Positions 10,295 to 18,226 of a stretch of DNA of 64,000 nt are shown here, piece after piece (the first letter of the stretch is position 1; every line of letters begins with the position of its first letter). The position numbers and the translations under genes are program-made. The stretch is taken from IMG/VR virus record IMGVR_UViG_3300020281_000010; one strand, given 5' to 3'. Source of the stretch: a virus. The notes under the pieces are model-generated. The model made no database searches. It was given only the letters and a program-made list of their open reading frames with translations, and was not told the DNA's origin.

Positions 10295-10374
10295 ATCACA
10301 TTGGATTAGAAATTGTTTTTTGGACAACACTTACAGTCTATCTGTTCGCTAGACTCGGAGTCTTCAAGAAATGA
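10291..10374 (+). CDS. Small membrane peptide (27 aa, not in ORF track)
   Basis: MNHIGLEIVFWTTLTVYLFARLGVFKK*; ATGA overlaps at both ends. Confidence 0.6.
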   Translation: MNHIGLEIVFWTTLTVYLFARLGVFKK

Positions 10375-11021
10375 AAAAACACGAGATCTTTCCTGTTGAG
10401 ATCTTTACCTTTGAAAGACCTGATCTTGTAGATCCTATCTTGGATGCTCTTGATCCTATTGAACGTGGTATGTTTAACTTCCCACATCCTGTACAGTCTA
10501 CTAAAGGTAACCTTCAAAACCTTCCTGCATTTCGACCACTTACAACTTGGATCGAAGAATGTCTAGAAGAGATCAAGAAGGATCAGGAGTTTGAGATGTG
10601 GGGTAAGTTTGAAATCTCTATGATGTGGGGCAACGTATCAATGCCACACTCTGAAGGGATGCATCAACCACACAGACATCCTCTTTCATACTGGTCAGGT
10701 ATCTTCAATCTTACTGAAGGTCACCCTACACAGTTCCAAGACCCCTGTTGGGTCCGTTCTTTCAATCAGATGGAAGTAGTCTCATCAGCATATAAGAACG
10801 CTTGTAGCGCCCCTGAGTGGCGTCCTGGGACACTAGTAGTCTGGCCAAGTTGGTTAATTCACTTCTCAACACCTCACGTGGGTGATAAATACCGTGCAAA
10901 CATTGCGTGGAATGCACTTCCAACTGGTCCTATTAACTTCGGACCCTTTGGACAAAATATGACCAACATCAAGTTGGTTCAAGATGACCCTGTTATGCAA
11001 CCAAATCCAGATGAAAGTTGA
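10371..11021 (+). CDS. 2OG-Fe(II) oxygenase-like protein
   Basis: IFPVEI, MWGN...HQPHRHPLSYWSGIF, VWPSWLIH, RANIAWN. Confidence 0.8.
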   Translation: MKKHEIFPVEIFTFERPDLVDPILDALDPIERGMFNFPHPVQSTKGNLQNLPAFRPLTTWIEECLEEIKKDQEFEMWGKFEISMMWGNVSMPHSEGMHQPHRHPLSYWSGIFNLTEGHPTQFQDPCWVRSFNQMEVVSSAYKNACSAPEWRPGTLVVWPSWLIHFSTPHVGDKYRANIAWNALPTGPINFGPFGQNMTNIKLVQDDPVMQPNPDES

Positions 11022-11181
11022 CAGATTTTATGATCCATACGAAGATCTTGAAAAGGAAATCCTTGCAGATCTAGAGTATGCAGCACAGCGAATCGGTGGT
11101 AAAATGACTAGAAGTCGTAAAGTTGAATCCAACGGACGGTCTTCTAAAGTAATTACTATTGAATATGATGTCACCCAGTAG
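11011..11181 (+). CDS. Hypothetical protein
   Basis: MKVDRFYDPYEDLE...VITIEYDVTQ; fills gap between genes. Confidence 0.65.
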   Translation: MKVDRFYDPYEDLEKEILADLEYAAQRIGGKMTRSRKVESNGRSSKVITIEYDVTQ

Positions 11182-11182
11182 T

Positions 11183-12022
11183 ATGAAATCATACAAAACA
11201 CCACTGCGTTACCCTGGTGGTAAGTCACGTGCTGCTGCGAAACTGTATCCTAAGTTTCCTGACCATATCAAAGAGTTTCGTGAACCATTCCTCGGTGGTG
11301 GTTCTATGGCAATTCATTTCTCTAAGTGTAATCCAGACACACCTGTATGGGTGAATGATACTTACTATTATCTGTATAACTTCTGGGTTGTACTACAAGA
11401 TCGTGGATATGATTTGAGTAATACTCTGATGGGTATCAAGAATATGCACGATACAGAAGAGAAAGCGAAAGATCTATTCCTCAAATGTAGAGAGGACATC
11501 GACAAAGTATCTGAGTATCAACAAGCAGTTTACTTTTACATTCTTAATAAGTGTTCATTCTCTGGACTGACAGAGAACAGTTCATTTTCTAAGCAGGCAT
11601 CAGTATCAAACTTCAGCAAGAAAGGTATCAAGAAACTGGCACACTATGGTCAGATCATTGAGCACTGGGAGATCACTAACGATGACTACTCAGAACTGAT
11701 GACTGATGATCGTGATGTATTCTGTTTCCTAGATCCTCCATACGACATCAAAGATTTCCTGTATGGAACCAAAGGTTCTATGCACAAAGGATTCGATCAT
11801 AAACGTTTCGCACGTATATGTGATGAGTCCACTTGTAACTGGATGATCACGTACAACTCAAACGAGAACACTCGTGGTCTATTCACAGGTTATAATCAAA
11901 CAGAATGGGATCTCACATATACAATGAGATCTACAGGCAACTACAACAAAGAACAATCTAAACGTAAAGAACTTCTCATCACCAACTATGTCAAAGCACC
12001 ACAAGGACTACCCTTTAACTGA
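11183..12022 (+). CDS. dam: DNA adenine methyltransferase (Dam family)
   Basis: PLRYPGGKS, EPFLGGGS, FLDPPY, ELLITNY. Confidence 0.93.
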   Translation: MKSYKTPLRYPGGKSRAAAKLYPKFPDHIKEFREPFLGGGSMAIHFSKCNPDTPVWVNDTYYYLYNFWVVLQDRGYDLSNTLMGIKNMHDTEEKAKDLFLKCREDIDKVSEYQQAVYFYILNKCSFSGLTENSSFSKQASVSNFSKKGIKKLAHYGQIIEHWEITNDDYSELMTDDRDVFCFLDPPYDIKDFLYGTKGSMHKGFDHKRFARICDESTCNWMITYNSNENTRGLFTGYNQTEWDLTYTMRSTGNYNKEQSKRKELLITNYVKAPQGLPFN

Positions 12023-12398
12023 TTACCTCAATAGTATTAACCATACTAAAGAGGATCTTCGTGAGCGTGGTGACGATTGGATGAAGAAGTATCCTCCATT
12101 CATTGTCAACAAATGTTTTAGTGGATTCAAAGAGACAGTTCTATATGCCAATGCTCTCAATGAGTTTCACCAACTTGATAACGATCTTCAATATTCATTT
12201 TATCTAAATAGTCTGAGAAAGAAACGTCGTTTCTCTCCCTGGCAACGTAAGGACAAGATTGAAAACCTTGACCTCATCAAAAAATACTTCAAGTATTCAG
12301 ATGAAAAAGCACGGGATGCACTTAGGATTCTGACTAAGGATCAGATTGAATTGATTAAATTAAAAATGAATACTGGAGGTAAAACCAATGGCAGGTGA
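11988..12398 (+). CDS. g62: Clamp loader small subunit gp62
   Basis: YLNSIN, YPPFIVN, QYSFYLNSLRKKRRFSPW; between g44 and regA. Confidence 0.92.
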   Translation: MSKHHKDYPLTDYLNSINHTKEDLRERGDDWMKKYPPFIVNKCFSGFKETVLYANALNEFHQLDNDLQYSFYLNSLRKKRRFSPWQRKDKIENLDLIKKYFKYSDEKARDALRILTKDQIELIKLKMNTGGKTNGR

Positions 12399-12810
12399 GA
12401 TCGAGATTTCTTGGTCCCCCGATATGATGGTAGAGGTTAGTCTCAAGCAACCTGATGACTTCTTGAAAGTCAGAGAGACACTTACCAGAATCGGTGTAGC
12501 ATCGAGAAAAGAAAAGAAATTATTTCAGAGTTGTCATATTCTTCATAAGAAGGGTAAGTATTATATCGTACACTTTAAGGAGTTGTTTGCGTTGGATGGA
12601 AAGCACGCGAACCTAACTTCTAATGACGTAGAACGTCGCAACAGAATTACTAAACTACTATCCGACTGGGGACTTGTAGATATTGTTGAAGAAGAGATCG
12701 GTGAACTTGCACCACTGAATCAAATCAAGGTAATCTCTTACAAAGACAAGGGTGAATGGATCCTAGAGTCGAAGTATAATATCGGGAAGAAACGTACAGT
12801 CGCTGAGTAG
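12388..12810 (+). CDS. regA: Translational repressor RegA
   Basis: DDFLKVRETLTRIG, QSCHILHKKGKYYIVHFKELFALDG. Confidence 0.97.
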   Translation: MAGEIEISWSPDMMVEVSLKQPDDFLKVRETLTRIGVASRKEKKLFQSCHILHKKGKYYIVHFKELFALDGKHANLTSNDVERRNRITKLLSDWGLVDIVEEEIGELAPLNQIKVISYKDKGEWILESKYNIGKKRTVAE

Positions 12811-12832
12811 ATATATATAGTAGTCCTATAGA

Positions 12833-13276
12833 GTGACTATGGCAGAAGATCCAAAGAAAAAACAACCAGAGAAACCAAAAGGTTTTTTTGGTCGCCTAAA
12901 GGAGGCATCAGAAGATAAGGAAGAACAACTCGCGATCCTATCTACGTTCGTGAGACTTGGTATTCTTGTCTGGTCTGGTGGTATCCTGACTTTAGCGTAC
13001 GTTGATCTGCCGAAGGCACTCAACTTTCCCGAACAGGATCTCGATCCAACCTTCATAGCCAGCGTGTTTACTGGGGTTTTAGCGACGTTCGGGGTTCAAA
13101 CCGCCAAAAAGAACAATGGCGGTGGTAATGCTGCAGGTGGTGGCAGTATCACAAAGGCAGATATGGAAAGACTAATTCAGGCAGCGTCACAGACTGCTCC
13201 TGCACAGATCATCCGTGTCGAACAAGCACCTTTGAAAATCACTACCGAAACTGACCCTAAAAAGTATGAGATGTAA
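12833..13276 (+). CDS. Hypothetical membrane protein (2 TM)
   Basis: Hydrophobic LGILVWSGGILTLAYV and FIASVFTGVLATFGV. Confidence 0.75.
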   Translation: MTMAEDPKKKQPEKPKGFFGRLKEASEDKEEQLAILSTFVRLGILVWSGGILTLAYVDLPKALNFPEQDLDPTFIASVFTGVLATFGVQTAKKNNGGGNAAGGGSITKADMERLIQAASQTAPAQIIRVEQAPLKITTETDPKKYEM

Positions 13277-13278
13277 TT

Positions 13279-13533
13279 ATGTTCCAAAAAGTAATTAACA
13301 CATTTGTTGTGTTCAACTTTATTTTTGCAGGTACTATCACTGGTGCAAGTGTTTACACTTGGGTGAATAGAGAAGCACTTGCAGAAAAATCAAGAGAAAG
13401 ACTTGCAGGTTTTGTTGCAGAGGCAGTTGGTAGTATGGTCCCTGGTCTTGTGGATTCTAAAATGCCAGACGTTTCTGGTCCTGCTATTCCTCCTGTTAGT
13501 CTACCCGTTCCTTCTAGTCCTCTAGGAAAATGA
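13279..13533 (+). CDS. Hypothetical membrane protein, Pro-rich tail
   Basis: N-terminal TM, C-terminal PAIPPVSLPVPSSP. Confidence 0.7.
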   Translation: MFQKVINTFVVFNFIFAGTITGASVYTWVNREALAEKSRERLAGFVAEAVGSMVPGLVDSKMPDVSGPAIPPVSLPVPSSPLGK

Positions 13534-14069
13534 AATGGTTTTATGCTAGTGCAGGTGTAATCCTAGGTATTTCACATCTAGGAATGATCGGTATCATAGC
13601 AAACAAATCAACTCTTCCAACTCTTAACCCACCTGTAGGTCCATATAGTTCCTACAGTGCTGAGGTTGGGAAGGATGGTTATCGCATTACCTACAAAGGA
13701 AATGATCCAAAGGTTATGGCAGAGAATCAGTTCATTGACAAGACCAATGGATTCTTTGGTATCGGTGGTAAGTCTGTAGTCAGAAAAGAAAACCAGTACA
13801 CAATGGATGGTGCACGTCATCTAGGAGGTGGTGGTCTGGGAAAGTTGTCTGCCAAAAAGATCGAGTGTATCAAGGCGGCAGGTGGTGGAGAACAGACAGG
13901 TGCAGTGATCGGCGCTAGTATCGGAACTGCTGCTGCTCCCGCTGTGGCAGGTGTCCCATTCGTGGGTCCAGTCTTAGCAGGTGGTATTGCTCTCTTTGCA
14001 GGTGACCAAGGTAAACAGATTGGTGGAGAAATTGCACAACAACTAGCAGACTGCGAAGGGGTTGAATGA
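13530..14069 (+). CDS. Hypothetical protein with N-terminal TM and glycine zipper
   Basis: GAVIGASIGTAAAPAVAGVPFVGPVLAGG. Confidence 0.75.
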   Translation: MKWFYASAGVILGISHLGMIGIIANKSTLPTLNPPVGPYSSYSAEVGKDGYRITYKGNDPKVMAENQFIDKTNGFFGIGGKSVVRKENQYTMDGARHLGGGGLGKLSAKKIECIKAAGGGEQTGAVIGASIGTAAAPAVAGVPFVGPVLAGGIALFAGDQGKQIGGEIAQQLADCEGVE

Positions 14070-14326
14070 TCGGTCCCTTCCTCAAAAAGTTAATTAAGTA
14101 TTACCTTGAGAAACTTTTGATGTGGTTGAGAATGCTAAAATTTAATTATGAACTTGACTCAGAGATCGACGAGTATCATAAAGCACTAGATAAAAGAGAT
14201 AAAGAACGTAACTTACCCAAAGTAATTGAGGAAGGAGTCTTCGGTGAAGATGGGTGGTCTATTTCAATAGGTTCAGATTATGACAGAGATTCCAGAGATC
14301 GGGGTGAGGAACCTACAGATACCTGA
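14066..14326 (+). CDS. Hypothetical protein
   Basis: Coupled 86-aa ORF. Confidence 0.6.
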   Translation: MIGPFLKKLIKYYLEKLLMWLRMLKFNYELDSEIDEYHKALDKRDKERNLPKVIEEGVFGEDGWSISIGSDYDRDSRDRGEEPTDT

Positions 14327-15050
14327 CATCCAGAGTTACGACTGGATCAATAGTATCCCTGCAGCAATTCCTATCTACCCACCTGTTACTACACAGGTTG
14401 GTGTACCTATTATCAACATCCCAGGATGTGTAGAGGCACACGAACTGGATGAAGGTAAGAATGAAAATTTAACAAAGGACGATCCTAAAGGAGCGAAGGT
14501 TTATTGTGATGCACAGACTCCTTCGTTTACTCCTATTGACTATGCTCCTGAAGGGTTGACATTCTCTGGACCACCAGTAGAACCACCTAAGTTTGAGAAC
14601 CAACAACCAGACTTAAAGGTTCCCGAAACAAAAATCCCTAAGACAGAGACTCCTAAATGTCCTACTAGGGCACAAGAATTAAAAAACCCCATAGGAAAAA
14701 TCCTAGAGGGTAATAAAAAGATTGTTGCTTACGAACTCGTAGGCAAAGAATGTATTGAAGTAACAGAGAAACTTAATCTTCAACAACAGATTGTAGAAAA
14801 CATCCCTTCAGCAGGGTTGGTAGTTACTACAGGATCTATCGCCGCAGTTGCTGCCACCTCTGCACTGCTCGCAAAACCGCTTGCTGATCTTCTTTTGAGA
14901 GTGGTGAAACCTGCTGTGAAGAAGACTGTTCAGAAGATTGGGATTGCTCTTGGGAAGGTTCCAAAACTTCAGTCTCTACGGGACCGCCAAGATCATCAGC
15001 GGATGAGGACTCGGGCACTGAGAGAACTTCGGAGGATGAAGAAGAGGTAG
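14280..15050 (+). CDS. Hypothetical Pro-rich protein with C-terminal hydrophobic and basic segments
   Basis: 256-aa ORF; VVTTGSIAAVAATSALLA followed by basic tail. Confidence 0.7.
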   Translation: MTEIPEIGVRNLQIPDIQSYDWINSIPAAIPIYPPVTTQVGVPIINIPGCVEAHELDEGKNENLTKDDPKGAKVYCDAQTPSFTPIDYAPEGLTFSGPPVEPPKFENQQPDLKVPETKIPKTETPKCPTRAQELKNPIGKILEGNKKIVAYELVGKECIEVTEKLNLQQQIVENIPSAGLVVTTGSIAAVAATSALLAKPLADLLLRVVKPAVKKTVQKIGIALGKVPKLQSLRDRQDHQRMRTRALRELRRMKKR

Positions 15051-15855
15051 GTAATTTCGGGAAAGTGTGGTTATGTTGTGGTATATGATTCACATTCATA
15101 ACCAATACATCGGAGCATACAGCATAATATTTTGACCCAGGTTTGAACATAATTCCTGCCTTCATCAATTCACCACAATTCTTGAGTCTCGCGATCTCAA
15201 AATCTAATCGCTTGTTAGCAATTAGTTGTCTCTGCATATCATTCTGTGTATTCGCTGCTCTCTTACAATCCTCTTGTGCTTTCTTATCAAGTGGAATAGA
15301 CCACGTAGCACTTACACCAAGAGATAGGTTATATGTATCCTTCTGTCCTGTTCTTACAGGAACTTGATATAACACTGAACCAGGATTGTCTGGTGCTCCA
15401 TCATCATTTAGATCTCGCATATCATATACATTATCCCACCATTCATCTTCCCAAGGTTTCTGTCCAGATGCACTACCAGTGACAAATGGTGTGATGTTAA
15501 GTGTACTACCTTGACACTGAATACCATTACCATAAGTGTTGGTAATATATGGTCCTTGTAAAACCTGAATTGCCTGATTGGTCACTGAGCCACTGCTATT
15601 TGCGATGGGCGCTGCAGTAGCAGATACACCACCAACAGTCTCTGCACGCAGTGGTGTTGACAATAAAGATAGAGCAACTGCTCCTACTGTTGGAAGATAG
15701 AAGTTGTGTCGGTTACGCTTGTAACCTCGGTTACCCTTTGAATAATAGTTTGGTTTTGCAAACCAGGACCTGAATAGGTCTCTGTAAACTGGAATGCCTG
15801 TCCTACATTGTTCTGAGTCCAGTTTGGTTTTTGATTTACATTTAGTCCTGTCCAT
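14836..15855 (-). CDS. Hypothetical secreted protein (start uncertain)
   Basis: Signal-like VGAVALSLLSTPLRA then ETVGGVSATAAPIANSSGSVTNQAIQVLQG; overlaps both neighbours. Confidence 0.7.
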   Translation of the reverse strand: MDRTKCKSKTKLDSEQCRTGIPVYRDLFRSWFAKPNYYSKGNRGYKRNRHNFYLPTVGAVALSLLSTPLRAETVGGVSATAAPIANSSGSVTNQAIQVLQGPYITNTYGNGIQCQGSTLNITPFVTGSASGQKPWEDEWWDNVYDMRDLNDDGAPDNPGSVLYQVPVRTGQKDTYNLSLGVSATWSIPLDKKAQEDCKRAANTQNDMQRQLIANKRLDFEIARLKNCGELMKAGIMFKPGSKYYAVCSDVLVMNVNHIPQHNHTFPKLPTSSSSSEVLSVPESSSADDLGGPVETEVLEPSQEQSQSSEQSSSQQVSPLSKEDQQAVLRAVQRWQQLRR

Positions 15856-16118
15856 TTTGAAGTCACACCATCAATAGTTTGAGTTTCACTTGTAACACCT
15901 GGTGTCATAGATGCACCATCGTGTTTTACGTTTGTACCACTGACTGAGTAAACCCACCCTGTAGCATAATCCATCGAGTTGATTGTCTCAGTCACCTTAG
16001 AAGTAGTCTCAGTATGAGACGTCATCGAGCCTTGAGTAAAATTAGGCACCACAGGCACTGCTATCACTGGAGTTCCAGCGAATGTAAACAGTGCCAAGAT
16101 GACTAGTTTTAGTCTCAT
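15684..16118 (-). CDS. Hypothetical secreted Thr-rich protein
   Basis: Signal peptide MRLKLVILALFTFAGTPVIA; predicted beta-rich. Confidence 0.8.
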   Translation of the reverse strand: MRLKLVILALFTFAGTPVIAVPVVPNFTQGSMTSHTETTSKVTETINSMDYATGWVYSVSGTNVKHDGASMTPGVTSETQTIDGVTSKWTGLNVNQKPNWTQNNVGQAFQFTETYSGPGLQNQTIIQRVTEVTSVTDTTSIFQQ

Positions 16119-16123
16119 CAGTC

Positions 16124-16627
16124 TTACTGTCCGATAGTAATCTCGGAGACGAACTGACCTACAGCACTAGTACCCGCTCCGCCTGCGGTTAGTGCCATCG
16201 TTCCTGAGGTATCGATTGTACCTGCTAATGTGTCTTTTGTACCTGCAGCAGTTGAGGTCACATTGGAGTAGTTAGGCACAGCACCTGCAGAAACTGCACT
16301 ACTTTCTAATGCGTCCCCTTGATAGAATGACTGAGTAAAGCTGAAACTTTCCCCTGCAGTTGCTTGGGTCGCTGACAACGTAGGGATCGCTCCAACGCCT
16401 GAACTGATGGTAAGAGAACCAATAGATGACGTAGCAGATCCACCACTAGGTGTGTATTGTGTAGTCACATTATTACCACTTACACTGTAAGTAGTACCGA
16501 CACGCTGTACATTTGTTGCTGCCGCGTCCACAGTAAGTTGTACTGAAGAAGATAATTTATGTGTAACATCGGCATATGCAGGTGCCGTCATCAAACTCAT
16601 AACAAAAAGCATCGCTGCTCTTTTCAT
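16124..16627 (-). CDS. Hypothetical secreted Ser/Thr/Gly-rich protein
   Basis: Signal peptide MKRAAMLFVMSLMTAPAYA; CTAAATA late-type motif on - strand at 16659-16665. Confidence 0.8.
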   Translation of the reverse strand: MKRAAMLFVMSLMTAPAYADVTHKLSSSVQLTVDAAATNVQRVGTTYSVSGNNVTTQYTPSGGSATSSIGSLTISSGVGAIPTLSATQATAGESFSFTQSFYQGDALESSAVSAGAVPNYSNVTSTAAGTKDTLAGTIDTSGTMALTAGGAGTSAVGQFVSEITIGQ

Positions 16628-16725
16628 TTTGCTCTAAAATACGAGGTCTATGTAAGCCTATTTAGCGTCGTATAAACTGTACATATGATACCGTTTTAAC
16701 CGAACCCCAAATCCATTGCTATCAT

Positions 16726-16733
16726 TATAAATA
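16726..16733 (+). promoter_or_regulatory. T4-type late promoter
   Basis: TATAAATA upstream of hsp20. Confidence 0.75.
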
Positions 16734-16788
16734 TTGATGTCGCCTTCGGGGACAACACATAAACTCTCGCTTTTAAGGAGCAGTACAA

Positions 16789-17229
16789 ATGAACCATTTC
16801 ACATCAAGTGATCTAGATAAAATCCTACAGGCATCTAGGTCATACTCAGTCGGACTCGACAACATCTTCAACAGACTAGAGGCACGAGCACTAGCGGATC
16901 ACGAGAAAACATCCTATCCTCCATACAATCTGATCAAAGAATCAGAAACTAAATGGAAGATCGAAGTAGCACTAGCAGGATTCAAGAAGGAAGAGTTCGA
17001 GGTCGCAACAGAAACTAACGTCCTATCAATCAGGACAGTCAAAGAGAAGAACGATGACCACAGAGGATACCTACACAAAGGTGTAGCGAAACGTACCTTT
17101 GCTAGGACATTCACACTCTCAGATGACGTAGAGGTTGGCAGTGTTAATTACCAAGATGGTCTTTTGACCATAGAACTTAACAAAATCGTACCTGACAGTC
17201 ACAAGAGAAAGGTATATAATATTGAGTAG
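16789..17229 (+). CDS. hsp20: Small heat-shock protein (IbpA/Hsp20)
   Basis: YPPYNL, IEVALAGF, YLHKGVAKRTFARTFTL, GLLTIEL. Confidence 0.95.
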   Translation: MNHFTSSDLDKILQASRSYSVGLDNIFNRLEARALADHEKTSYPPYNLIKESETKWKIEVALAGFKKEEFEVATETNVLSIRTVKEKNDDHRGYLHKGVAKRTFARTFTLSDDVEVGSVNYQDGLLTIELNKIVPDSHKRKVYNIE

Positions 17230-17241
17230 TCGCTATGACGA

Positions 17242-17418
17242 ATGAAAAAATTGCTATCGAACCCAGTAGTACACCTGATTCTAATCTTCGGTGGAACATT
17301 GGCACTTATTGAGTTTGTTCATACAAAAGCACATTTTCATTACGAAGTTGATGTTCACGGTTACGTGAAACAATACTGTGCTAAGAATGACTGCTCACAA
17401 TTTGTTGATGACTGGTAG
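17242..17418 (+). CDS. Small hypothetical protein (58 aa, N-terminal TM; not in ORF track)
   Basis: MKKLLSNPVVHLILIFGGTLALIEFVHTKAH...DDW*. Confidence 0.65.
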   Translation: MKKLLSNPVVHLILIFGGTLALIEFVHTKAHFHYEVDVHGYVKQYCAKNDCSQFVDDW

Positions 17419-17437
17419 CATATATAATGTACAACTG

Positions 17438-17464
17438 AAGAGACCCTCGGGTCTCTTTTTTTTA
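17438..17464 (+). terminator. Rho-independent terminator
   Basis: AAGAGACC-CTCG-GGTCTCTT + T run. Confidence 0.85.
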
Positions 17465-17477
17465 TGGAGTTTTTTTA

Positions 17478-17717
17478 ATGAATCACTATGTGAACTGTGC
17501 TCCAAGGGGGAGCACTGACTATGAATCGATCACACTAGATGTCGCTTCCCAAAATGTCGATGAGGTGCTACAATACGCTAGGACCCTTGCCGATGAACAT
17601 AACGTGAGTGCAAGAAGAGCATTCGCAGACATCGTTCGTGGTGTTTACAATAACCTAACAGAAAATTATGACCGTAAAAATCGTAAGAATGATCAACGGA
17701 GAAGACGTAATCGCTGA
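17478..17717 (+). CDS. Hypothetical protein
   Basis: 79-aa ORF with GGAG RBS. Confidence 0.6.
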   Translation: MNHYVNCAPRGSTDYESITLDVASQNVDEVLQYARTLADEHNVSARRAFADIVRGVYNNLTENYDRKNRKNDQRRRRNR

Positions 17718-18018
17718 TGTGCAAGAAGCGTATCCTGAGAAAGATTCTTACTCTCCTATTGGATATTTTATGAAGGATCCCTATCAGGTAAACCTGCACG
17801 CTGCAGCAGAAATGCTATTCGAAGGGACACAGGAGACACCACAAAAGATCAACGATCTAAACTTGGAACTATTCCCTTGGATCCCATTGTCTTCGAATAA
17901 TGCTACACTAGTAGTATTGAGCAACGTCGCTACAATCTACAATCCACACCCTGAGGTGGAATCAAAATGGAAAACTTGTATCAAAGGTAATGACACCACT
18001 AAAGATAATCCTTCTTAA
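17668..18018 (+). CDS. Hypothetical protein (Sm-like fold suspected)
   Basis: MTVKIVRMINGEDVIADV...FPWIP. Confidence 0.7.
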   Translation: MTVKIVRMINGEDVIADVQEAYPEKDSYSPIGYFMKDPYQVNLHAAAEMLFEGTQETPQKINDLNLELFPWIPLSSNNATLVVLSNVATIYNPHPEVESKWKTCIKGNDTTKDNPS

Positions 18019-18226
18019 GGATCATACGCACCTAATGGGTGCAGTCACAGAACTAGATGAGGAACCCTCTTACCTTATCTCTGACTGTATGAAAATCGAA
18101 GAAGGAGAATACAAGAGGTATCCCTTCTACACGAACCAACGTGACATCTTCTTGACTTCTGACGTGGTTTTGACTATAGTTGAACCGTCTGAAGAGACCG
18201 TAACCAACTACAAGAAGGCACTTTGA
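17990..18226 (+). CDS. Hypothetical protein (Sm-like fold suspected)
   Basis: MTPLKIILLKDHTHLMGAVTE... Confidence 0.65.
   Translation: MTPLKIILLKDHTHLMGAVTELDEEPSYLISDCMKIEEGEYKRYPFYTNQRDIFLTSDVVLTIVEPSEETVTNYKKAL

Noticed and set aside
16668-16693. GTA...TAC palindromes here, at 44461-44473 and at 39993-40006 as NtcA sites
   Set aside because: Spacing is N7 rather than N8, or the second half is TAT, so they do not match GTA-N8-TAC
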